The notes below the pieces were generated by a model. That model did no database searches, was not told the DNA's origin, and saw nothing but the letters and a program-made list of their open reading frames with translations. The translations under genes were made by a program, and so were the position numbers. Shown one piece after another: positions 24,949 through 30,959 of a stretch of 33,579 nucleotides of DNA. The stretch is from Bacteroidota bacterium (GTDB lineage: Bacteria; Bacteroidota; Bacteroidia; Sphingobacteriales; Sphingobacteriaceae). Where the stretch lies: the NCBI GenBank assembly GCA_041175245.1, contig JBEDFI010000001.1, forward strand, positions 1 to 33,579, read 5' to 3'. Positions within the stretch are counted from its first letter, which is position 1. Each line of letters opens with the position of its first letter.

Positions 24949-27306
24949 TCAGCTTAGCTCCTCCGGCTCCAGTTCAAGCAAACTTTCCGGTGTTTTCTTT
25001 TTCAGGTTACGTTTTTCCAGACTCAGCAGTAATGCCGGCAAAAGCGTCAGATTGGAGATCAGGGCAAGCAATAGCGTTATGGAAAGGAGGATCCCTAAGG
25101 CTACGGTTCCGCCAAATGTGGATGCCGCAAAGATGCCGAATCCAAAAAACAGGATCATAGCTACATAAATCATGCTCAATCCGGTTTCTTTGATGGTATC
25201 GGTCACAATTTGCGAGATGGTCCATTTGGTTGTTCGCAATTCTTGACGATAACGGGTTAAGAAATAAATGGTCTGATCGGAGGCAATACCAAAGGCAATG
25301 CTGAAGATCAGGATGGTGGACGGTTTCAATGGAATGCCGGCAAAGCCCATGATGCCTGCGGTTAAGATCAATGGAATAATATTCGGGATGAGGGAGATCA
25401 AGATCATCCTGCCCCCGCGGAACAAGATCCACATTAAAATGGCAATTAAGGCCACCGCCAAAATCAGGCTATCGCGTAAATTATTCAGCAGGTAATTGGT
25501 TCCCTTCACAAATATGATACTCGATCCGGTGAGCTCCACATCGTATCGCTCCGGATTAAAAATAGAATCAATCTTTGGTTCGATCTCTTCAATCAGCTGG
25601 TTCATGCGTTCCGAACCCACATCGGCCATCTGGAAACTCACCCGCGTCACCTGGCGGTTTGGATCCACGAAATTTTTAATCAGGTTGTTACTATTGTTCT
25701 TACCGGCAGCATTAGCTGCATAGGATAGGATGAAATTCTTCTCCATCTCATTCGGAACGCGATAAAAACTCGTATCTCCTCCGTAAAATGCCTGTGAAGA
25801 AAATTTGAGCACTTCTACCAAGGAAACGGCTCTCGAAAACTCCGGGTAGGCGGTGATCATTTCTTGCAAACGGTCTATTTTATTTACCACCGACAAGTTC
25901 ATGACCCCATTTTTTCGGCGGGTATCTACACTTACTTCGAGTGGAATAATCCCCTTAAAGTTTTGACTAAAAAATTCCATATCCTGGTAAATGGCATCTC
26001 TTTGAGGCAAATCATCTACCACATAGCCATTAATTTTAATCCGGTTTAGCCCCAGGATAGCAATTAATAATAATAGTACGGTTGCACCATACACCCAATT
26101 CCTTTTATGATGTGCCAGGATATCGAGCTTATTCAACCAGGATGCCAGCAAAGGGCTGTAGAGGTGACGGGTATGTTTGATGTTTGGAGGGGGCAAAAAG
26201 CTGAAAATGATGGGAATCAGACACAAACTCATTAACCAGGTGGCCATTACATTCAGGGAGGCCACCACTCCGAATTGCATGAGTAATTCGCTGTTGGTAA
26301 AATACAAAACTCCAAAACCGATGGCGGTAGTCACATTGGCGATCAGCGTGGTGATGGCAATCCGTTCAATAACCGTTTGCAAAGCTTTCTGCTGGTTGCC
26401 ATGAAGAGTGTATTCGTTGTGGTATTTGTTGATGAGTAAAATGCTGTTCGGAATACCGATCACCACGATCAGCGGTGGAATTAGACCGGTAAGCAGGGTA
26501 ATATCGTAGCCGAACATCACCAGGGTACCCAAACTCCAAACCACCCCGATTAATACCACCAGCAGCGGAAAAAATACTGCTGAAAACGAACGGAAAAATA
26601 AAAAAAGAATCAGAGCCGCAACTACAATAGAGAGCACAATAAATAAGGCAAACTCCTGCGAAACCTTGTCGGAAATAACCGTTCGGATATACGGGAGGCC
26701 AGAATAATGGATGTCGGTTTGATGTTTCTCTTTGAAGGCCTTTGTTTTCTGAACAATGACCTCAATTACCCCAATGCGGTCAGAAGAATTCAGTACGGAA
26801 CCGGCAAACGTTATGGCCATCAAGCTTGCCTTTTTCTCCGGATTATAAATCAGGTTTTTGTAGAAAGGCAGCTTGTTCAGCTTGTCGGCAACGCTATCTA
26901 CACCCGCCTGCGTAGCAATGGGCCAGCTGGCGATGGGTCTGGCAACAAATTTTTGCTCGACGGTATCTTTTGTGAGTTCAACCAATTTACCCATAGAGAG
27001 CACTTGTTTGATTCCCTCAATCTGCTGAATCTCATTGTTTAGTTGCAGCCAGTCGTTAAATAAATCGCTTTGCAGGAGTTTATCAGACTGAATGCCCAGC
27101 ACCATTACACTACCATCCTCTCCAAATAACTGTTTAAAACGATCGTATTTAATATAGGCCGAATCCGTTAAGGGCAGCATTTTACCGGCATTGAACGATA
27201 AACGCACCTTACTTCCCTGCCAGGCCATGAAGACGGTGGCCACTAAGAAAAAAACGAGAAGGAGGTATCGCTTAGCTAAAATGAATTTCGAGAGTCTTTC
27301 CCACAT
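24949..27306 (-). CDS. RND-superfamily / MMPL-type exporter (COG1033-like) without partner genes
   Basis: The protein is 785 aa. The topology is duplicated: one TM helix, a large loop, then a 5-TM bundle, twice. The hydrophobic blocks are typical of sterol-sensing or MMPL-like domains. The N-terminus is MWERLSKFILAKRYLLLVFFLVATVF. No adaptor or outer-membrane factor gene is adjacent. Confidence 0.75.
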   Translation of the reverse strand: MWERLSKFILAKRYLLLVFFLVATVFMAWQGSKVRLSFNAGKMLPLTDSAYIKYDRFKQLFGEDGSVMVLGIQSDKLLQSDLFNDWLQLNNEIQQIEGIKQVLSMGKLVELTKDTVEQKFVARPIASWPIATQAGVDSVADKLNKLPFYKNLIYNPEKKASLMAITFAGSVLNSSDRIGVIEVIVQKTKAFKEKHQTDIHYSGLPYIRTVISDKVSQEFALFIVLSIVVAALILFLFFRSFSAVFFPLLVVLIGVVWSLGTLVMFGYDITLLTGLIPPLIVVIGIPNSILLINKYHNEYTLHGNQQKALQTVIERIAITTLIANVTTAIGFGVLYFTNSELLMQFGVVASLNVMATWLMSLCLIPIIFSFLPPPNIKHTRHLYSPLLASWLNKLDILAHHKRNWVYGATVLLLLIAILGLNRIKINGYVVDDLPQRDAIYQDMEFFSQNFKGIIPLEVSVDTRRKNGVMNLSVVNKIDRLQEMITAYPEFSRAVSLVEVLKFSSQAFYGGDTSFYRVPNEMEKNFILSYAANAAGKNNSNNLIKNFVDPNRQVTRVSFQMADVGSERMNQLIEEIEPKIDSIFNPERYDVELTGSSIIFVKGTNYLLNNLRDSLILAVALIAILMWILFRGGRMILISLIPNIIPLILTAGIMGFAGIPLKPSTILIFSIAFGIASDQTIYFLTRYRQELRTTKWTISQIVTDTIKETGLSMIYVAMILFFGFGIFAASTFGGTVALGILLSITLLLALISNLTLLPALLLSLEKRNLKKKTPESLLELEPEELS

Positions 27307-27387
27307 GTGCGCTTAACTGGTCTTGGTAAATCCGCGGTAAAACTACAAATTTTCCTAAATTGGCGGCAGCTGAATTGAGCGAAAGTC

Positions 27388-28113
27388 ATGTTGCAAAAAA
27401 CCCGGGGAATTGTATTCAAAACCACACACTATGCTGAGAGCAGCGTGATCGTACAGGTATTCACGGAAAAGCTGGGTTTGCAATCTTATTTGATCAATGG
27501 GGTGAAAAAACCAAAAGCCAAAATCAGTTTGAACATGCTGCAGCCCTTGCACCTGTTAGATATGGTGGTGTATCATAAATCAAACAGTACTATACAACGG
27601 GTATCAGAGTTGCGACAAAGTCCGGTTTTTCAGCAAATTCCTTATGATATCGTGCGAAGCAGTTTGGCTATCTTTTTGAATGAAGTCATTTATAAAAGTC
27701 TTAAACAACAAGACAAAGACGAGATCTTATTCGATTTTTTGTTCCATGCCATCGAACTGCTCGATCGGATGGAGAAAGGCCTGGCCAATTACCATCTTTA
27801 TTTCTTGATGAGATTGACCCGATTTTTAGGCTTTTTCCCGGATGAACACTCCTTTCGGGAAGAGGCTTATTTCGATCTTAAAAATGCCGAGTTTACTTCT
27901 TTTGTACCGCCGCACACCTTCGTGATAGGACCAAATTTGACTGGCTTGTGGAATCTATTGTTAAAAAGCTCGTTTGAAGAGCTGGATCAGCTGCAGGTAA
28001 GCTCCAATGAGCGAAAGCTCTTGCTTGAGCACCTGCTGGATTATTACCGCTTACACATCGAGAATTTTGGCGAGATCAAATCTCAGGCAGTATTAACCGA
28101 GCTTTTCAACTGA
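27388..28113 (+). CDS. recO: DNA repair protein RecO
   Basis: The protein is 241 aa. It has the N-terminal OB-fold pattern (TRGIVFKTTHYAESSVIVQVFTEKLGLQSYLINGVKK) and a helical C-terminal domain. Size and layout are typical of RecO. Confidence 0.85.
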   Translation: MLQKTRGIVFKTTHYAESSVIVQVFTEKLGLQSYLINGVKKPKAKISLNMLQPLHLLDMVVYHKSNSTIQRVSELRQSPVFQQIPYDIVRSSLAIFLNEVIYKSLKQQDKDEILFDFLFHAIELLDRMEKGLANYHLYFLMRLTRFLGFFPDEHSFREEAYFDLKNAEFTSFVPPHTFVIGPNLTGLWNLLLKSSFEELDQLQVSSNERKLLLEHLLDYYRLHIENFGEIKSQAVLTELFN

Positions 28114-29213
28114 ATTCCATCTGCAGGCCGATACAGTGGCAGCGTAAACCAAAAAGTAGCTCCTTCACCCTCCTTGCTTTCTACGCCGATTTCGCCCCCA
28201 TGGCGCTTCACAATTTCGGAAGAAATATACAAGCCCAAGCCCAAACCCGAAAACTTCTGTGATGATTCCTGAACTCTGAAGAAACGGTCGAAAATATAAT
28301 GAATCTTATCTGCAGGGATCCCAATGCCAAAATCCTGTATGGCGATGATGAGGCATTGCTCATCTTTTTCCAAATTGACCAATACCCGATCGGCATCCGG
28401 CGAATATTTAATGGCATTGGATAAAAAATTGATGATTACTTGCTCAATTCGGTGCCGATCGGCAAAAATTAAGACCTCCTCGGTGCCATTGATCAAAATT
28501 TGGTGGGTATTTGTTTGAGACTTAATTTGATCTGCACAATCGGCGAGTACCTCTTCGAGCTGAAAAACCGAATGGTTGAATTGCATTTTACCTGCATGTA
28601 TTTTGGTAACGTCTAATAAATCCTCCACCAGTGTAATTAGTTTGTTTACTTGCTTATTTGCCTTCTCAATAAACGTATTGATGGCAGAAAAGGTCTCTTG
28701 TTGATGGGCCAAACGTTCTAAAATTTGCAGCGAAGCCTTCATACTCGTAATAGGAGTTTTGAGTTCATGGCTGGCAATGCTCATGAACTCGTCTTTTTTC
28801 TGCATCAAGATTTTAGTTGCCTGCTGAGCCAGCTCCTGCTCGGTAATGTCGGTTAAACTGCCAATGTATCCCGAAAACTGTGGATTGAACAATACATTCC
28901 CCTGGCTAAGCACCCAGCGGTACTGGCCATCGCTTCTTCTTAAACGAAATTTAGATTGGAAGGGAGTACGTTTTTCAAAAGCGGACATAAAAACCTTGAA
29001 TTCCTGATCACGGTCCTCAGGATGTACGGCAGCGCCCCAGCCGAAGCCCAAACTATTTTCAAACGACATGCCCGTAAAATCCACCCAGGTCTTATTTACA
29101 TACGTTGCCGATCCTTCATTGTTCACCTTCCAAATCATGGTGGGTATCAGATCGGCCAGTTCGGTAAAATGATCTTCCAGTATTTTTCGTGGTGTTGGAC
29201 TCAGGTTTTTCAT
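28083..29213 (-). CDS. Soluble PAS-domain sensor histidine kinase
   Basis: The protein is 376 aa with no TM segment. It has a PAS domain (IWKVNNEGSATYVNKTWVDFTG...YRWVLSQG), an H-box (IASHELKTPITS), an N-box (NFLSNAIKYS) and G-boxes (DFGIGIP, GLGLGLYIS). The 3' end overlaps recO by 31 nt. Confidence 0.88.
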   Translation of the reverse strand: MKNLSPTPRKILEDHFTELADLIPTMIWKVNNEGSATYVNKTWVDFTGMSFENSLGFGWGAAVHPEDRDQEFKVFMSAFEKRTPFQSKFRLRRSDGQYRWVLSQGNVLFNPQFSGYIGSLTDITEQELAQQATKILMQKKDEFMSIASHELKTPITSMKASLQILERLAHQQETFSAINTFIEKANKQVNKLITLVEDLLDVTKIHAGKMQFNHSVFQLEEVLADCADQIKSQTNTHQILINGTEEVLIFADRHRIEQVIINFLSNAIKYSPDADRVLVNLEKDEQCLIIAIQDFGIGIPADKIHYIFDRFFRVQESSQKFSGLGLGLYISSEIVKRHGGEIGVESKEGEGATFWFTLPLYRPADGIQLKSSVNTA

Positions 29214-29282
29214 GGTATGATCTAAGATTTAAGTATCGGGGACGAAAAAATCAGGATCTGTTGAGCTTTCAGTACACTGTAC

Positions 29283-29645
29283 TCATAGATGCTTAAAATT
29301 TAGGACAATATCCTCCAACTCTTTGATGTCAAACGGCTTAGACAGGAAATTATTGGCTCCAGCCTCTTTAGCCAGCTTTTTGATGTCGTTATTGGCGGAA
29401 AAGTAAATGATCGGAATTTGATACACTTCGCGGTCTTTCTTGAGCAATTGAGTAGCTACAATCCCTCCACAGTCGGGAATCCAGTTATCCATTAAAATCA
29501 AGTCTGGCTTTAACCTACGAACGGTCTTCAGAATATCGTTGCAATGTGTGCGGGTATGCACCTCCCAGCCTAAAGCGGATAAGATATAATCACAAATGGA
29601 GAGGATATCGGTATCATCGTCGCAAATTAAGATTCGCTTAGACAT
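29283..29645 (-). CDS. Stand-alone response-regulator receiver domain (CheY-like, no output domain)
   Basis: The protein is 120 aa. It has the acidic pocket ILICDDD, the phospho-acceptor LILMDNWIP, FSAN, and the conserved Lys in LSKPF. Confidence 0.88.
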   Translation of the reverse strand: MSKRILICDDDTDILSICDYILSALGWEVHTRTHCNDILKTVRRLKPDLILMDNWIPDCGGIVATQLLKKDREVYQIPIIYFSANNDIKKLAKEAGANNFLSKPFDIKELEDIVLNFKHL

Positions 29646-29751
29646 AGCTTAAAGTTTAGTAACTAGGTCTGCGTCAAAAGTTGTACCACGAGTGTATACA
29701 ACAAAATAGAGGAACTTATTTGTGCTTTTAAAAAGTATGAAAGCCTAAAAT

Positions 29752-30153
29752 TCAAGGGGAATTTTTCAATCTCTTGTTAATGATTCCCATACCGACATAA
29801 AGTACTGGCGAAATCAGAAACTCTTGAATGGTTACAGTAAAATCTTTGACTTGTTTACTCACCATACCGAAAACCCAATCATATGTCCCAATCAATACCA
29901 ATACTGCCAAGAGAGAAATATGGATAAAATGCCAAATTTGGGACATCCATTTATCGTTTAATTTACCCAGATGCGAAGTTCCAATGAGATACACCAAAAA
30001 AGTCGTTGAAAACTTAATAATATGCCTGATACGACGTGGAATAAATTGTGTTTGATCAGACTCAATAAAAAACAAGTAGAATAGGGAATAAATTATCAAA
30101 ATCAATATTAAACCCACTATCCACCTAGACCGCTCGCTTTGATAAATTTTCAT
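29752..30153 (-). CDS. Exosortase F system-associated membrane protein
   Basis: The protein is 133 aa with about four TM helices. Its start overlaps the XrtF stop (TGATG). Size, topology and position match my memory of the family named 'exosortase F system-associated protein'. This was not verified by alignment. Confidence 0.6.
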   Translation of the reverse strand: MKIYQSERSRWIVGLILILIIYSLFYLFFIESDQTQFIPRRIRHIIKFSTTFLVYLIGTSHLGKLNDKWMSQIWHFIHISLLAVLVLIGTYDWVFGMVSKQVKDFTVTIQEFLISPVLYVGMGIINKRLKNSP

Positions 30154-30755
30154 CAGTCAATTTTAAAACTTAGTTTTCTGGCATAACACATCCATAATAG
30201 GAAGATGGTTCCATAGATGATGATTTTGAAAACATAGTGATGTGCAAATTCAAAATAAGATTGGATATAAATCTCAATGGTTGCAAGGCCTGCACACCTT
30301 ATCAGGTTAGCAAGATGTATAATTATTACGCCAGAAAGAATATACAAAACTTTTCTTTTTAAGGTTGACGGTAACAACAAGATAAACCCAATGTATAAAA
30401 CAAATAATTCCAGTCCATTACAGCCATCGGCAATATGCATTACTTTAAAGTTGTTGAACGTTATTCTACTTACATTAGATTCAATTAATTGGCCTTCGAA
30501 AAACTTTTTACTCACAAAAGGAGAAGAAGTAAAACTAGTTGTTCGGTGAGAAAAATTGAGGATACTAACTGTTTGGCTACCAACTAAATTGGTTAAGGGA
30601 CCATCTAAAAGCCTATTAGGTAAAAATACTATAAGATAAACGGTCTTCCAGATGACGAATAGCAGAAGAGCCCTGTAAAAGAAATCTCTAACAGGGCCTT
30701 TTACATCTTTAAACAAAAATTTAAAGATGTCATTTATTGGTTTTAACCAAATCAT
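30153..30755 (-). CDS. xrtF: Exosortase family protein XrtF
   Basis: The protein is 200 aa and polytopic. Cys112 lies in HIADGCNGLE (codon 30420-30422). The N-x-x-R motif ANLIRC places Arg153 41 residues after the Cys. His172/His173 and Arg193 follow. This arrangement matches the Cys/Arg(/His) active-site layout of exosortases and archaeosortases. The Bacteroidota context and the adjacent partner gene fit XrtF. Confidence 0.7.
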   Translation of the reverse strand: MIWLKPINDIFKFLFKDVKGPVRDFFYRALLLFVIWKTVYLIVFLPNRLLDGPLTNLVGSQTVSILNFSHRTTSFTSSPFVSKKFFEGQLIESNVSRITFNNFKVMHIADGCNGLELFVLYIGFILLLPSTLKRKVLYILSGVIIIHLANLIRCAGLATIEIYIQSYFEFAHHYVFKIIIYGTIFLLWMCYARKLSFKID

Positions 30756-30946
30756 TCACTACCCTGGTCTTTGGATGCTTTGTAAACATCTCTCGCCTTT
30801 TTGGCGCCGTAACCAAGCCCTGCAGCGAGTAATAGACTAATCCCTCCATCTATAGGTACATCATTCTGATCCGGATCAAAGTCAGGCTGAGCATGAACTG
30901 AAAAGAATAGGCCAAGGAAGATGATCAAAAAAATGAATTTCTTCAT
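30752..30946 (-). CDS. Secreted mini-protein with a PEP-CTERM-like C-terminal sorting signal (P-I-D-G-G / TM / KKAR)
   Basis: The 64-aa product is MKKFIFLIIFLGLFFSVHA-QPDFDPDQNDV-PIDGG-ISLLLAAGLGYGA-KKAR-DVYKASKDQGSE, which I re-translated by hand. It starts 13 nt after the T9SS gene stop. Its stop overlaps the XrtF start (ATGA). Confidence 0.6.
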   Translation of the reverse strand: MKKFIFLIIFLGLFFSVHAQPDFDPDQNDVPIDGGISLLLAAGLGYGAKKARDVYKASKDQGSE

Positions 30947-30959
30947 ATCAAAGTAGATT

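Noticed and set aside
29271-29283. A 13-nt palindrome, AGTACAcTGTACT, abutting the response-regulator stop codon, in the RR-HK spacer.
   Set aside because: It is short and isolated, with no second copy in the window and no T-run after it. It is most likely fortuitous or a minor RNA hairpin, and there is not enough evidence to call a site.
29752-30755. An apparent GC drop over the XrtF pair as a sign of horizontal transfer. Hand counts of four 60-nt lines gave about 32-33% GC, against about 43-48% in several housekeeping lines.
   Set aside because: Neighbouring genes are variable when sampled the same way (HK and RR lines ranged from 32 to 43%). The two proteins are extremely rich in Phe, Ile, Leu, Lys, Tyr and Asn, which by itself lowers GC. 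No mobility genes or repeats flank the region. I cannot compute a proper sliding window here.
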